A stretch of 34,661 nt of DNA from a virus (taxonomy: Duplodnaviria > Heunggongvirae > Uroviricota > Caudoviricetes): IMG/VR virus record IMGVR_UViG_2531839482_000004. The stretch is one strand, 5' to 3'. Both the position numbers and the translations under genes were made by a program. Shown here piece by piece: positions 1-13,678 of the stretch; position 1 is the first letter of the stretch; every line of letters starts with the position of its first letter. The notes below the pieces were generated by a model, which was not told where the DNA came from, ran no database searches, and was given only the letters and a program-made list of their open reading frames with translations.

Positions 1-307
<307 letters not shown>

Positions 308-359
308 TTAGGTGGCGAGATGCAAAAGTTAGTCAGAATGCGATTCAGGAGGTTTAAGG

Positions 360-806
360 GTGAGGCAAATATACATGCTTCGCAACGAAGCAATCAGAAA
401 TAACGCCATAGACGCAATACTCTCACTTCCCATCGACGACAAGTCACCTCACGAAGTCCACATTAAAGAACCCAAGCGGAGCAATCCTCAAAACCGCCTT
501 ATGTGGGCGTTATTGCAGGACGTATCACGTCAGGTGCTTTGGCATGGACAGAGACTTGCGCCGGAGGACTGGAAAGACCTGTTTACTGCCCTGTGGCTTA
601 AGACCAAAAAACTGGAGCAACGAAGTGTGCCTGGTATCGACGGTGGCGTTGTCATGCTTGGCGTGCGTACCAGCAAAATGCGAAAGGCCAGCATGACTGA
701 GCTTATCGAAATCATGTTCTGGTTCGGCTCAGAGCGCAACGTGCGGTGGAGTGATGACTCCCGGCGAGAGTATGAATGGTCACAACAAAAAGGGAGGGGT
801 GAATGA
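360..806 (+). CDS. ninB: NinB/Orf-family recombination protein
   Basis: 148-aa ORF, GTG start with AGGAGG 8 nt upstream; NinB-like motif pattern (PQNRLMWALLQDVSRQV, PGIDGG, ELIEI); position upstream of ninE in a nin region. Confidence 0.8.
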   Translation: MRQIYMLRNEAIRNNAIDAILSLPIDDKSPHEVHIKEPKRSNPQNRLMWALLQDVSRQVLWHGQRLAPEDWKDLFTALWLKTKKLEQRSVPGIDGGVVMLGVRTSKMRKASMTELIEIMFWFGSERNVRWSDDSRREYEWSQQKGRGE

Positions 807-1333
807 TTAAGCATAAATCAGAAACACCAAAAGAAGTTAGAGATTGCTGGCAAACGCCGCTTTGGCTTTTTGATGCACTGGATATTGAGTTTGGATTCTG
901 TCTGGATTCGGCAGCGAGCGACAAAAATGCTCTGTGCGCTCACTGGCTAACTGAGGCCGACGACGCGCTCAATTCTGAGTGGGTAAGCCACGGTGCAATC
1001 TGGAATAACCCACCGTACAGCAATATCAGGCCGTGGGTGGAAAAAGCCGCTGAGCAGTGCATACAACAGCGACAGACGGTAGTTATGCTTGTGCCAGAGG
1101 ATATGTCAGTCGGATGGTTCAGCAAGGCTCTGGAGAGTGTCGACGAAGTTCGCATTATCACTGATGGACGGATTAATTTTATCGAACCATCGACAGGGCT
1201 GGAGAAGAAGGGAAACAGCAAAGGCTCCATGCTGCTGATTTGGCGACCGTTCATCAGTCCTCGACGGATGTTTACTACCGTATCCAAAGCGGCATTGATG
1301 GCGATCGGGCAGGGCGTCAGGAGGGCGGCATGA
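803..1333 (+). CDS. phage N6-adenine DNA methyltransferase
   Basis: 176-aa ORF with NPPY catalytic motif ([10 protein letters not shown]); ATGA overlap with ninB stop; occupies the lambda ninC/ninD position. Confidence 0.8.
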   Translation: MIKHKSETPKEVRDCWQTPLWLFDALDIEFGFCLDSAASDKNALCAHWLTEADDALNSEWVSHGAIWNNPPYSNIRPWVEKAAEQCIQQRQTVVMLVPEDMSVGWFSKALESVDEVRIITDGRINFIEPSTGLEKKGNSKGSMLLIWRPFISPRRMFTTVSKAALMAIGQGVRRAA

Positions 1334-1506
1334 GGCGACAGCGACGAAGTTTCACCGACATCATCTGCGAAAACTGCAAATACCTTCCAACGAAACGCTC
1401 CAGAAATAAACGCAAGCCAATCCCAAAAGAATCTGACGTAAAAACCTTCAATTACACAGCTCACCTGTGGGATATCCGGTGGCTAAGATATCGTGCGAGG
1501 AAATGA
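1330..1506 (+). CDS. ninE: NinE protein
   Basis: [58 protein letters not shown] closely matches lambda NinE; ATG at 1330 overlaps the methyltransferase stop. Confidence 0.85.
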   Translation: MRRQRRSFTDIICENCKYLPTKRSRNKRKPIPKESDVKTFNYTAHLWDIRWLRYRARK

Positions 1507-1508
1507 CA

Positions 1509-1850
1509 ATGGATTATTCACAGTTAAGTGATTTTGAAATTAACAGAATGGTAGGAGACATAATTTTTAAAGGACTTTGGGCAAGTAAACCGGAAACATC
1601 AGGGAATAACACCAACAAATGGTATTACGGAAATGCTGATACAACTTTTGAGCCATTAAATCATTTGCCTGACTACTGCAATGATCCGAGCGCTTCATGG
1701 CCGATTATTGAGAAATACAGGATTTCTATCTTAGACCAGTTAACTGAATGGTGTGTGGATGCAAAAGGCGTAAGCCCAATATTTGATACCAGACCTCTCC
1801 GCGCCGCCATGATTGTCTTTCTCCTGATGCAGGAGGCCAATAATGCTTAG
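1509..1850 (+). CDS. hypothetical nin-region protein
   Basis: ORF 1467-1850; ATG at 1509 ([17 protein letters not shown]...) has GAGG 8 nt upstream. Lower GC than neighbours; no family recognised with confidence. Confidence 0.5.
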   Translation: MDYSQLSDFEINRMVGDIIFKGLWASKPETSGNNTNKWYYGNADTTFEPLNHLPDYCNDPSASWPIIEKYRISILDQLTEWCVDAKGVSPIFDTRPLRAAMIVFLLMQEANNA

Positions 1851-2037
1851 CCTATCTCAATCCCTTCAATACCTGAAAGGAAGCATAGAGCGGGCTTCAA
1901 TGTGCACAGAGTGGATTCTATCTAGGTTTAGCGCATACAGAAGATTGCCGGTAAAGGGCATGCCAAGCAAGTCGATGCTGCATATGCAAAAGAATACGCG
2001 CTGGAAGGGATGGCGAGAACACAGGTTATCTGGCTGA
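1843..2037 (+). pseudogene. NinF-like N-terminus fused to unrelated sequence; a ybcO-like 3' remnant lies in another frame
   Basis: First ~20 aa ([21 protein letters not shown]) resemble lambda NinF, then diverge. In a different frame 1990-2060 encodes ...[28 protein letters not shown], resembling the C-terminus of DLP12 YbcO and ending at the rusA start. Confidence 0.4.
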
Positions 2038-2056
2038 AAGAGGGGGTTATTAAGGC

Positions 2057-2419
2057 GTGAATACCTACAGCATCACATTCCCCTGGCCTCCGAGCAATAA
2101 TCGCTATTACCGCCATAATCGCGGGCGCACGCACGTCAGCGCAGAGGGGCAGGCATACCGCGATAACGTCGCCCGAATCATTAAAAACGCAATGCTGGAT
2201 ATCGGCCTGGCTATGCCTGTGAAAATCCGCATTGAGTGCCACATGCCGGATCGCCGTCGCCGTGACCTGGATAATCTGCAAAAAGCCGCTTTTGACGCAC
2301 TCACTAAAGCAGGTTTCTGGCTGGATGATGCTCAGGTCGTTGATTACCGCGTTGTGAAGATGCCTGTTACCAAAGGTGGGAGGCTGGAACTGACCATCAC
2401 CGAAATGGGGAATGAATGA
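2057..2419 (+). CDS. rusA: Holliday junction resolvase RusA
   Basis: 120-aa translation [50 protein letters not shown]... is essentially the E. coli DLP12 RusA sequence. Confidence 0.92.
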   Translation: MNTYSITFPWPPSNNRYYRHNRGRTHVSAEGQAYRDNVARIIKNAMLDIGLAMPVKIRIECHMPDRRRRDLDNLQKAAFDALTKAGFWLDDAQVVDYRVVKMPVTKGGRLELTITEMGNE

Positions 2420-2642
2420 TGTTTGAGTTTAATATGGCAGAACTTCTTCGCCACCGCTGGGGGCGTCTGCGCTTATATCGTTTCCCCGGTTCTGTTTTGA
2501 CCGATTACCGAATACTGAAGAATTACGCCAAAACACTGACAGGAGCAGGAGTATGAAGTCAGAGATAACAATCAACTAATACTGTTTTGTTGATTTTTGC
2601 TTGTAATTGGCGTTCTGGTCTGAGTTTTTGTGGAGTAAGTTG

Positions 2643-3026
2643 ATGCGTGATATTCAGATGGTTCTTGAGCGTTGGGGAGCGTGGGCGGCTAATAATCATG
2701 AAGATGTGACCTGGTCGTCCATTGCCGCCGGTTTTAAGGGATTAATTCCTTCAAAAGTAAAATCTCGCCCGCAATGTTGTGACGATGACGCGATGATCAT
2801 TTGCGGGTGCATGGCCCGTCTGAAAAAGAACAACAGCGATTTGCACGATTTATTAGTAGATTATTATGTAGTCGGTATGACATTCATGTCACTGGCAGGG
2901 AAGCATTGCTGCTCTGATGGTTATATCGGGAAAAGGTTACAAAAGGCTGAGGGCATAATTGAAGGGATGTTAATGGCATTAGATATCCGGTTAGAGATGG
3001 ATATCGTTGTTAATAACTCTAATTAA
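2643..3026 (+). CDS. quuD: late-gene antiterminator Q (DLP12 QuuD-like)
   Basis: [34 protein letters not shown]...[18 protein letters not shown] matches recalled QuuD; ATG 2643 has GGAG 9 nt upstream (track ORF starts earlier at TTG 2607). Confidence 0.85.
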   Translation: MRDIQMVLERWGAWAANNHEDVTWSSIAAGFKGLIPSKVKSRPQCCDDDAMIICGCMARLKKNNSDLHDLLVDYYVVGMTFMSLAGKHCCSDGYIGKRLQKAEGIIEGMLMALDIRLEMDIVVNNSN

Positions 3027-3052
3027 TACGCCAATTATTTACTAAAAGTTAT

Positions 3053-3084
3053 TAAAAATGGGGCGTTGAAACGCCCCCAAAAAT
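3053..3084. terminator. GC stem-loop flanked by A/T tracts between Q and nmpC
   Basis: ggggcgttgaaacgcccc (3060-3077) with aaaaat upstream; on the minus strand the hairpin is followed by a T-rich run, consistent with termination of the leftward nmpC transcript. Confidence 0.4.
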
Positions 3085-3111
3085 AAAGGGTAATATATAA
3101 CAGAAGGTTTG

Positions 3112-3200
3112 TATAGTTAGAAGCAAGGTTGTGCTTCTAAAGGAAGTGGCTTGAGGGAGCCACTTATATGTTGGGGAGGCAAAGCCTCCCACAACATATC
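3112..3200. repeat. cluster of three stem-loops immediately 3' of nmpC
   Basis: Inverted repeats agaagca...tgcttct (3115-3136), agtggc...gccact (3137-3157) and atatgttggggaggc/gcctcccacaacatat (3166-3197). Confidence 0.4.
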
Positions 3201-3214
3201 TTTTAGTAATCAAA

Positions 3215-4297
3215 TTAGAACTGGTAAACCATACCTACAGCAACGATATCATCGGTAGCAACGCCAGATGCTTTCGTGAAATCGCTCTTATCAATCAGGT
3301 TGATTTTGTAGTCAACAAAAGTGGACATATTTTTGTTGAAGTAATAGGTTGCACCTACATCAACATATTCAACCAGGTCCTGATCACCCCAAACACCCAA
3401 GTCTTTTCCTTTAGAATGCAGGTAAGCAACGGATGGACGCAGGCCGAAGTCGAACTGATATTGTGCAACAGCTTCGAAGTTTTGTGCTTTGTTGGCAATA
3501 TGGTTATTACCAAAAACAGTCATGTTCTGGGTTTCAGAATAGGTGGTGGCCAGATAGATGTTGTTCGCATCATATTTCAGACCAGCTGCCCATACTTCAG
3601 CATTTTGACCAGAAGCATTCAGACCGTTGTTACCGTAGATAACCTGATTATTAGTGCGATCAGATTTAGCATAGGTTGCACCCACGCCGAATCCTTCATA
3701 CTCATAAGTAGTTGAGAAACCGAAACCATCGCCATTAGCTTCAGTTACTTCATTTCGGTCATTTTTGCCCTGATACTGAGCTGCAAAGTTCAGGCCATCA
3801 ACCAGACCAAAGAAGTCGTTGTTACGATAAGTTGCAACACCTGTGGTGCGACCAGTCATGAATACATCTGTTTGGGTCCAGGTATCGCCACCGAATTCTG
3901 GCAGAACGTCAGTCCACGCACCGATGTCGTATGCTACACCGTAGTTACGGCCGTAATCGATTGAGCCGTAGTCACCGAATTTCAGGCCTGCAAATGCAAG
4001 ACGGGTTTTGTCTTTGGAGGAACCTTGAGATTCAGCGCGGTTGCCTTTGAATTCATATTCCCACTGACCGAAACCAGTCAGTTGATCGTTGATTTGGGTT
4101 TCACCTTTGAAGCCAAGACGGGCATAAGTAGTATCACCATCATCTGCATCATTAGAGGAGAAGTAGTGCTTAGCATTAACTTTCCCGTACAGATCCAGCT
4201 TGTTACTGTCTTTATTATAAATTTCAGCTGCCTGAGCAGACATCGCCATCAGTACTGATGCAGCTACAGCAGAAATTGCCACTGTTAATTTTTTCAT
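3215..4297 (-). CDS. nmpC: outer membrane porin, OmpC/NmpC family (intact)
   Basis: 360-aa ORF with signal peptide [23 protein letters not shown], porin motifs and C-terminal ...VGMVYQF; opposite strand to the phage late genes, as for nmpC in DLP12. Confidence 0.9.
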   Translation of the reverse strand: MKKLTVAISAVAASVLMAMSAQAAEIYNKDSNKLDLYGKVNAKHYFSSNDADDGDTTYARLGFKGETQINDQLTGFGQWEYEFKGNRAESQGSSKDKTRLAFAGLKFGDYGSIDYGRNYGVAYDIGAWTDVLPEFGGDTWTQTDVFMTGRTTGVATYRNNDFFGLVDGLNFAAQYQGKNDRNEVTEANGDGFGFSTTYEYEGFGVGATYAKSDRTNNQVIYGNNGLNASGQNAEVWAAGLKYDANNIYLATTYSETQNMTVFGNNHIANKAQNFEAVAQYQFDFGLRPSVAYLHSKGKDLGVWGDQDLVEYVDVGATYYFNKNMSTFVDYKINLIDKSDFTKASGVATDDIVAVGMVYQF

Positions 4298-4885
4298 CGT
4301 GAGCCCTTTTTTTTGAACTATTATTAAAAAATGATGTCACTGCGCGATAAATATTCATCTAATCAATGTGATTATTTCAAGATGTAAGTTTTAGTTTCTC
4401 ATTTAATTTGTGAAGTAGATCTCTATTTTTATCTGAACTTTTTCTATCGAAACCTATTTATGGCTCTTATTTGAACAAAAATAAACCTGTTAGCTAATTT
4501 ATATTAATGGCTGTTATTTATGGGGGTTCTATAATTCGACAGTTTAATTTAAATCAACTAAAAATAACGTCTGAAATTATTTATTGGTTATTTGTTGAGG
4601 TTTTCTTATGTATTTGTGGTGGAGTTTTGAACACTCGGTAGCATTCTCATAAATATCATTCAGTGGTTTACGTACGTAAAAAATTGGTTATGCTGTTAAG
4701 AGTGGTTACTTCGTCACACAGCTTAAACCCGCCGTCGAGCTGGTTTTTCCATTTTTTGAGTCTCGATATTAGCTGATAACTCAATACCTGAGTTATTCAC
4801 TGACTCCGAGTCTGTTACGTTTCTGCTTTTTTGCGATACGTTGTATTCCCTCAATTTACACCCGCTTTGTCTGCGAGGTGGGGTT

Positions 4886-5101
4886 ATGAAATCCATGGAT
4901 AAGTTAACAACGGGTGTCGCCTATGGCACCTCAGCAGGTAGTGCCGGTTACTGGTTTTTACAGCTGCTCGATAAAGTCACGCCCTCACAGTGGGCAGCAA
5001 TAGGTGTGCTGGGTAGCCTGGTATTTGGCCTGCTGACGTACCTGACAAACCTCTATTTCAAGATTAAAGAAGATAAGCGCAAGGCTGCGAGAGGTGAATA
5101 A
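4886..5101 (+). CDS. essD: phage-21-type pinholin (S21-like), dual-start motif
   Basis: [71 protein letters not shown], 71 aa, two TM segments; Met1/Met4 dual start typical of holin/antiholin pairs. Confidence 0.88.
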
Positions 5102-5598
5102 TGCCTCCATCATTACGAAAAGCCGTTGCTGCTGCTATTGGTGGCGGAGCAATTGCTATAGCATCAGTGTTAATCACTGGCCCAAGTGGTAACGATGGTC
5201 TGGAAGGTGTCAGCTACATACCATACAAAGATATTGTTGGTGTATGGACTGTATGTCACGGGCATACAGGAAAAGACATCATGCTCGGTAAAACGTATAC
5301 CAAAGCAGAATGCAAAGCCCTCCTGAATAAAGACCTTGCCACGGTCGCCAGACAAATTAACCCGTACATAAAAGTTGATATACCGGAAACAACGCGCGGC
5401 GCTCTTTACTTGTTCGTTTACAACGTGGGCGCTGGCAATTTCAGAACATCGACGCTTCTTCGCAAAATAAACCAGGGCGATATCAAAGGCGCATGTGATC
5501 AGCTACGTCGCTGGACATATGCTGGCGGTAAGCAATGGAAAGGTCTCATGACTCGTCGTGAGATTGAGCGTGAAATCTGTTTGTGGGGTCAGCAATGA
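5101..5598 (+). CDS. rrrD: SAR endolysin (lysozyme with N-terminal signal-anchor-release segment)
   Basis: 165-aa ORF; hydrophobic Gly/Ala-rich N-terminus ([20 protein letters not shown]) followed by lysozyme-like domain; ATG overlaps holin stop (TAATG). Confidence 0.85.
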   Translation: MPPSLRKAVAAAIGGGAIAIASVLITGPSGNDGLEGVSYIPYKDIVGVWTVCHGHTGKDIMLGKTYTKAECKALLNKDLATVARQINPYIKVDIPETTRGALYLFVYNVGAGNFRTSTLLRKINQGDIKGACDQLRRWTYAGGKQWKGLMTRREIEREICLWGQQ

Positions 5599-6056
5599 AC
5601 AGAGTAACCGCGATTATCTCCGCTCTGGTTATCTGCATCATCGTTTGCCTGTCATGGGCTGTTAATCATTACCGTGATAACGCCATTACCTACAAAGCCC
5701 AGCGCGACAAAAATGCCAGAGAACTGAAGCTGGCGAACGCGGCAATTACTGACATGCAGATGCGTCAGCGTGATGTTGCTGCGCTCGATGCAAAATACAC
5801 GAAGGAGTTAGCTGATGCGAAAGCTGAAAATGATGCTCTGCGTGATGATGTTGCCGCTGGTCGTCGTCGGTTGCACATCAAAGCAGTCTGTCAGTCAGTG
5901 CGTGAAGCCACCACCGCCTCCGGCGTGGATAATGCAGCCTCCCCCCGACTGGCAGACACCGCTGAACGGGATTATTTCACCCTCAGAGAGAGGCTGATCA
6001 CTATGCAAAAACAACTGGAAGGAACCCAGAAGTATATTAATGAGCAGTGCAGATAG
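5595..6056 (+). CDS. rzpD: i-spanin Rz
   Basis: [23 protein letters not shown]... N-terminal TM then coiled-coil periplasmic domain; matches recalled DLP12 RzpD. Confidence 0.88.
   Translation: MNRVTAIISALVICIIVCLSWAVNHYRDNAITYKAQRDKNARELKLANAAITDMQMRQRDVAALDAKYTKELADAKAENDALRDDVAAGRRRLHIKAVCQSVREATTASGVDNAASPRLADTAERDYFTLRERLITMQKQLEGTQKYINEQCR
5815..5997 (+). CDS. rzoD: o-spanin Rz1 lipoprotein, embedded in Rz in the +1 frame
   Basis: [24 protein letters not shown]... lipobox LVVVGC, proline-rich; entirely inside the Rz coding region in another frame. Confidence 0.88.
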   Translation: MRKLKMMLCVMMLPLVVVGCTSKQSVSQCVKPPPPPAWIMQPPPDWQTPLNGIISPSERG

Positions 6057-6087
6057 AGCTGCCCATATCGATGGGCAACTCATGCAA

Positions 6088-6381
6088 TTATTGTGAGCAA
6101 TACACACGCGCTTCCAGCGGAGTATAAATGCCTAAAGTAATAAAACCGAGAAATCCATTTACGAATGTTTGCTGGGTTTCTGTTTTAACAACATTTTCTG
6201 CGCCGCCACAAATTTTGGCTGCATCAACAGTTTTCTCCTGTCCAATTCCCGAAACGAAGAAGTGATGGGTGATGGTTTCCTTTGGTGTTACTGCTGTCGG
6301 TTTGTTTCCAACAGTAAACGTCTGTTGAGCACATCCTGTAATAAGCATTGCCAGAGCGGCAGAAAACAACATTTTTTTCAT
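6088..6381 (-). CDS. borD: Bor lipoprotein (serum-resistance moron)
   Basis: MKKMLFSAALAMLITGCAQQTFTV...ARVYCSQ, 97 aa with lipobox LITGC; near-identical to lambda Bor; ATG at 6381. Confidence 0.88.
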   Translation of the reverse strand: MKKMLFSAALAMLITGCAQQTFTVGNKPTAVTPKETITHHFFVSGIGQEKTVDAAKICGGAENVVKTETQQTFVNGFLGFITLGIYTPLEARVYCSQ

Positions 6382-6743
6382 CTTATTATCCTGCATTGTT
6401 AAAAACGGCAGAATCCTATGTGACAACAATTAAACGATAGTTAAATGGATTGATGAAAATTAAAACTATATAGGTGTACGCTCAGACTATTGGAGGAAGT
6501 TGGGGACACTCAGAATCCTGTGGAATGAAATAAACCGGTCTATCCGTCTATTACCCTTTTAGCTGCGCTGTATCGTCGCCGTATTCCCGCATTAACCATG
6601 ACCGTAGCCCGACGGGGAATTCCTTCTGCGTGAGTGTGCGGGAATAATCAAAAACGATGCACACCGGGTTTTACTGTGCTGACAGACGCAGGGTTACCCT
6701 CATAGTCGCTTTTCCGGTGCGATGGTGGAAGAAACCGGGATGT

Positions 6744-6938
6744 TCATCCATCATCACTTTGGATTGATGTATATGCTCTCTTTTCTGACGTTAGTCTCCG
6801 ACGGCAGGCTTCAATGACCCAGGCTGAGAAATTCCCAGACCCTTTTTGCTCAAGAGCGATGTTAATTTGTTCAATCATTTGGTTAGGAAAGCGGATGTTG
6901 CGGGTTGTTGTTCTGCGGGTTCTGTTCTTCGTTGACAT
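6744..6938 (-). CDS. small ribbon-helix-helix-like protein (DLP12 YlcI-like, DUF3950)
   Basis: 64-aa ORF MSTKNRTRRTTTRNIRFPNQMIEQINIALEQKGSGNFSAWVIEACRRRL...; resembles recalled YlcI located between bor and the terminase genes in DLP12. Confidence 0.5.
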   Translation of the reverse strand: MSTKNRTRRTTTRNIRFPNQMIEQINIALEQKGSGNFSAWVIEACRRRLTSEKRAYTSIQSDDG

Positions 6939-7106
6939 GAGGTTGCCCCGTATTCAGTGTCGCTGATTTGTATTGTCTGAAGTTGTTTTTACGTTAAGTT
7001 GATGCAGATCAATTAATACGATACCTGCGTCATAATTGATTATTTGACGTGGTTTGATGGCGTAGATGCACGTTGTGACATGTAGATGATAATTATTATC
7101 ATTTTT

Positions 7107-7326
7107 CGGGTCCTTTCCGGCGATCCGACAGGTTACGGGGCGGCGACCTCGCGGGTTTTCGCTATTTATGAAAAATTTCCGGTTTAAGGCGTTTCCGTTC
7201 TTCTTCGTCATAACTTAATGTTTTTATTTAAAATACCCTCTGAAAAGAAAGGAAACGACAGGTGCTGAAAGCGAGCTTTTTGGCCTCTGTCGTTTCCTTT
7301 CTCTGTTTTTGTCCGTGGAATGAACA
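7107..7326 (+). other. helper prophage cos site (cosQ, cosN, cosB)
   Basis: gggtcctttccggcgatccgacaggttacg / GGGCGGCGACCT / cgcgggttttcgctatttatgaaaa... matches the lambda genome termini; cosN 12-nt cohesive end GGGCGGCGACCT at 7138-7149, followed by cosB R-elements (gtttccgttc, aaaggaaacgacagg, tgtcgtttcctttctc) up to the Nu1 start. Confidence 0.92.
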
Positions 7327-7846
7327 ATGGAAGTCAACAAAAAGCAGCTGGCTGACATTTTCGGTGCGAGTATCCGTACCATTCAGAACTGGCAGGAACA
7401 GGGAATGCCCGTTCTGCGAGGCGGTGGCAAGGGTAATGAGGTACTTTATGACTCTGCCGCCGTCATAAAATGGTATGCCGAAAGGGATGCTGAAATTGAG
7501 AACGAAAAGCTGCGCCGGGAGGTTGAAGAACTGCGGCAGGCCAGCGAGGCAGATCTCCAGCCAGGAACTATTGAGTACGAACGCCATCGACTTACGTGTG
7601 CGCAGGCCGACGCACAGGAACTGAAGAATGCCAGAGACTCCGCTGAAGTGGTGGAAACCGCATTCTGTACTTTCGTGTTGTCGCGGATCGCAGGTGAAAT
7701 TGCCAGTATTCTCGACGGGCTCCCCCTGTCGGTGCAGCGGCGTTTTCCGGAACTGGAAAACCGACATGTTGATTTCCTGAAACGGGATATTATCAAAGCC
7801 ATGAACAAAGCAGCCGCGCTGGATGAACTGATACCGGGGTTGCTGA

Positions 7847-7872
<26 letters not shown>
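7327..7872 (+). CDS. nu1: terminase small subunit Nu1
   Basis: 181-aa translation matches recalled lambda gpNu1 except for one or two substitutions. Confidence 0.95.
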
Positions 7873-11553
<3,681 letters not shown>

Positions 11554-11573
<20 letters not shown>

Positions 11574-12873
11574 TCTCCCGCATATTGCCAGTATGGCCTT
11601 TAATGAGCCGCTGATGCTTGAACCCGCCTATGCGCGGGTTTTCTTTTGTGCGCTTGCAGGCCAGCTTGGGATCAGCCGCCTGACGGATGCGGTGTCCGGC
11701 GACAGCCTGACTGCCGGAGAGGCACCCGCGGCGCTGGCGTTATCCGTTGATGATGACGGACCACGACAGGCCCGCAGTTATCAGGTCATGAACGGCATCG
11801 CCGTGCTGCCGGTGTCCGGCACGCTGGTCAGCCGGACGCGGGCGCTGCAGCCGTATTCGGGGATGACCGGTTACAACGGCATTATCGCCCGTCTGCAACA
11901 GGCTGCCAGCGATCCGATGGTGGACGGCATTCTGCTGGATATGGACACACCGGGCGGGATGGTGGCGGGAGCATTTGACTGTGCTGACATCATCGCCCGT
12001 GTGCGAGACATAAAACCGGTATGGGCGCTGGCCAACGACATGAACTGCAGTGCAGGTCAGCTGCTTGCCAGCGCCGCCTCCCGGCGTCTGGTCACGCAGA
12101 CCGCCCGGACAGGCTCCATCGGCGTCATGATGGCTCACAGTAATTACGGTGCTGCGCTGGAGAAACAGGGCGTGGAAATCACGCTGATTTACAGCGGCAG
12201 CCATAAGGTGGATGGCAACCCCTACAGCCATCTACCGGATGATGTCCGGGAAACACTGCAGTCCCGGATGGATGCAACCCGCCGGATGTTTGCACAGAAG
12301 GTGTCGGCATATACCGGCCTGTCCGTGCAGGCTGTGCTGGATACCGAGGCTGCAGTGTACAGCGGTCAGGAGGCCATTGATGCCGGACTGGCTGATGAAC
12401 TTGTGAACAGTACCGATGCGATCACCGTCATGCGTGATGCACTGGATGCACGTAAATCCCGTCTCTCAGGAGGGCGAATGACCAAAGAGACTCAATCAAC
12501 AACTGTTTCAGCCACTGCTTCGCAGGCTGACGTTACTGGCGTGGTGCAAGCGACGGAGGGCGAGAACGCCAGCGCTGCGCAGCCGGACGTGAACGCGCAG
12601 ATCACCGCAGCGGTTGCGGCAGAAAACAGTCGCATTATGGGGATCCTCAACTGTGAGGAGGCTCACGGACGCGAAGAACAGGCATGCGTGCTGGCCGAAA
12701 CCCCCGGTATGACCGTGGAAACGGCCCGCCGTATTCTGGCCGCAGCACCACAGAGTGCACAGGCGCGCAGTGACACTGCGCTGGATCGTCTGATGCAGGG
12801 GGCACCGGCACCGCTGGCTGCAGGTAACCCGGCATCTGATGCCGTTAACGATTTGCTGAACACACCAGTGTAA
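11554..12873 (+). CDS. C: head maturation protease / scaffold gpC
   Basis: GTG start at 11554 overlapping the B 3' end; 439 aa (VTAELRNLPHIASMAFNEPLMLEPAYARVFF...), lambda gpC. Confidence 0.93.
12268..12873 (+). CDS. nu3: scaffolding protein Nu3 (in-frame internal start within C)
   Basis: ATG at 12268 in the C frame (MDATRRMFAQKVSAY...), same nested arrangement as lambda Nu3. Confidence 0.8.
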   Translation: MDATRRMFAQKVSAYTGLSVQAVLDTEAAVYSGQEAIDAGLADELVNSTDAITVMRDALDARKSRLSGGRMTKETQSTTVSATASQADVTGVVQATEGENASAAQPDVNAQITAAVAAENSRIMGILNCEEAHGREEQACVLAETPGMTVETARRILAAAPQSAQARSDTALDRLMQGAPAPLAAGNPASDAVNDLLNTPV

Positions 12874-12882
12874 GGGATGTTT

Positions 12883-13215
12883 ATGACGAGCAAAGAAACC
12901 TTTACCCATTACCAGCCGCTGGGCAACAGTGACCCGGCTCATACCGCAACCGCGCCCGGCGGGTTGAGTGCGAAAGCGCCTGCAATGACCCCGCTGATGC
13001 TGGACCCCTCCACCCGTAAGCTGGTTGCGTGGGATGGCACCACCGACGGTGCTGCCGTTGGCATTCTTGCAGTTGCTGCTGACCAGACCAGCACCACACT
13101 GACGTTCTACAAGTCCGGCACGTTCCGTTATGAGGATGTGCTCTGGCCGGAGGCTGCCAGCGACGAGACGAAAAAACGGACCGCGTTTGCCGGAACGGCA
13201 ATCAGCATCGTTTAA
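12883..13215 (+). CDS. D: head decoration protein gpD
   Basis: [41 protein letters not shown]..., 110 aa, lambda gpD. Confidence 0.95.
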   Translation: MTSKETFTHYQPLGNSDPAHTATAPGGLSAKAPAMTPLMLDPSTRKLVAWDGTTDGAAVGILAVAADQTSTTLTFYKSGTFRYEDVLWPEAASDETKKRTAFAGTAISIV

Positions 13216-13235
13216 CCTGACCCTTCATCACTAAA

Positions 13236-13257
13236 GGCCGCCTGTGCGGCTTTTTTT
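13236..13257 (+). terminator. stem-loop plus T-tract between D and E
   Basis: gccgcctgtgcggc followed by ttttttt; weak terminator or attenuator-like structure. Confidence 0.35.
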
Positions 13258-13270
13258 ACGGGATTTTTTT

Positions 13271-13546
13271 ATGTCGATGTACACAACCGCCCAGCTGCTG
13301 GCGGCAAATGAGCAGAAATTTAAGTTTGATCCGCTGTTTCTGCGTCTCTTTTTCCGTGAGAGCTATCCCTTCACCACGGAGAAAGTCTATCTCTCACAAA
13401 TTCCTGGACTGGTAAACATGGCGCTGTACGTTTCGCCAATTGTTTCCGGTGAGGTTATCCGTTCCCGTGGCGGCTCCACCTCTGAATTTACGCCGGGTTA
13501 TGTCAAGCCGAAGCACTTAGCATGGCTTTCTGAGGCTTTCGTGTAG
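13271..13546 (+). pseudogene. E: major capsid protein gpE, N-terminal fragment (codons 1-82) interrupted by island insertion
   Basis: MSMYTTAQLLAANEQKFKFDPLFLRLFFRESYPF...TPGYVKPKH matches lambda gpE 1-82, then reads into island DNA (LAWLSEAFV*) and stops at 13546. Confidence 0.92.
13506..13515 (+). repeat. attL core AGCCGAAGCA (left island junction inside E)
   Basis: Identical 10-mer occurs at 24486-24495 at the other junction; sequence outside the pair is contiguous lambda E. Confidence 0.75.
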
Positions 13547-13678
13547 TTGCTGGTTTTTACACTTAATCTTTTGATAATAAAGAATAAGTTTATCTGGCGC
13601 TTTCACTGAATTTTCCTCGTTATCTGTGTGTTGCAATCATCTCTGTATTGCAGCTTGTATTGCTTTTTGGGGCTAAAA

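Noticed and set aside
3027-3112. Late promoter pR' and qut site immediately downstream of Q
   Set aside because: Expected from lambdoid biology, but I could not identify a convincing -35/-10 pair by eye; left unannotated.
6954-7211. 85-aa minus-strand ORF
   Set aside because: It spans the cos site (cosQ/cosN), which is non-coding in lambda; no RBS; composition-driven ORF.
7262-7468. 68-aa plus-strand ORF overlapping cosB and the nu1 start (and its island counterpart 22723-22929)
   Set aside because: Lies in another frame over the cosB R-elements and the well-supported nu1 gene; no independent support.
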